A stretch of DNA of 63,818 bases, filler included, from Octopus bimaculoides (Eukaryota), in assembly GCF_001194135.2 (NCBI RefSeq). It is 5 parts of 4 records of this genome, joined end to end, with 100 filler letters (N's around TTAATTAATTAA, not from the genome) between each part and the next. Parts side by side here need not be neighbours in the genome. Positions count along the whole stretch, not along the records: positions 60,568 to 63,818 come from NC_068981.1; 4 more parts are not named here. One strand, written 5' to 3'. The position numbers and the translations under genes are program-made. Numbering within the stretch: position 1 is the first letter of the stretch; the number at the start of each line of letters is the position of its first letter. The notes beneath the pieces are model-generated. The model did no database searches. It was not told the origin of the DNA and saw only the letters and a list, made by a program, of their open reading frames with translations. Of the stretch, positions 63,516 to 63,818 are shown in pieces.

Positions 63516-63818
63516 ATCTTAATAAGGCTCTTTGGTTCTTCCATAATAAGGCAGGGCTTACTAGGGATGAAATAGAAGTAGTGTTAGCTGCTGGGACGTC
63601 CTTTATTTCTTTTAATGATAAGATTTGGATTCGTAAAGATACTCCTAATGCTTTCGATGTTCCTATGGGAAGTTCTGACTCAGCTCAAATAGCAGATGTT
63701 GTGGGTTCCTATATTTTGTATGAATTGGCTGATCAATTCCCTATGGTTAGGGGCGGTTTATATAGGGACGATTGTTTTATTTATATTAGGAATTATTCTA
63801 CCCAATGTTTGCAGAGAC
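63516..63818 (+). mobile_element. Naiad-like PLE reverse transcriptase fragment (YRDD), running off the window end
   Basis: Stop-free frame YLNKALWFFHNKAGLTRDEIEVVLAAGTSFISFNDKIWIRKDTPNAFDVPMGSSDSAQIADVVGSYILYELADQFPMVRGGLYRDDCFIYIRNYSTQCLQR, showing the W.KK..FDV.MGS.D.AE..ELVG and GLYRDD signature. Confidence 0.88.

Overview
This is repeat-saturated, AT-rich eukaryotic DNA from a gapped draft assembly. It has many N-gaps, and four of them carry an artificial TTAATTAATTAA linker. The microsatellite load and the tRNA-derived SINE families are typical of a coleoid cephalopod, probably Octopus; that assignment is an inference. I find no intact protein-coding gene, rRNA, true tRNA or CRISPR array. 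Nearly all ORF-track entries are microsatellite or N-gap artefacts. The interpretable content is decayed mobile DNA: about 30 SINE copies from at least four families with shuffled modules; Penelope-like element (PLE) fragments of two RT types (YFDD, and YRDD/Naiad-like); RTE, L1/Tx1, CR1/L2 and R4/Dong-type LINE fragments; mariner, maT and Tc1 transposon remnants; a Helitron-like element; and a ~570-bp foldback element. The most notable items are two type-I hammerhead ribozyme motifs (one with a non-canonical A6U core), a same-strand Naiad-like PLE cluster containing a perfect 44-bp templated inversion, an RTE 3' end encoding tandem C2H2 fingers, and a few candidate host exons. Family assignments come from protein motifs translated by eye, not from database searches.
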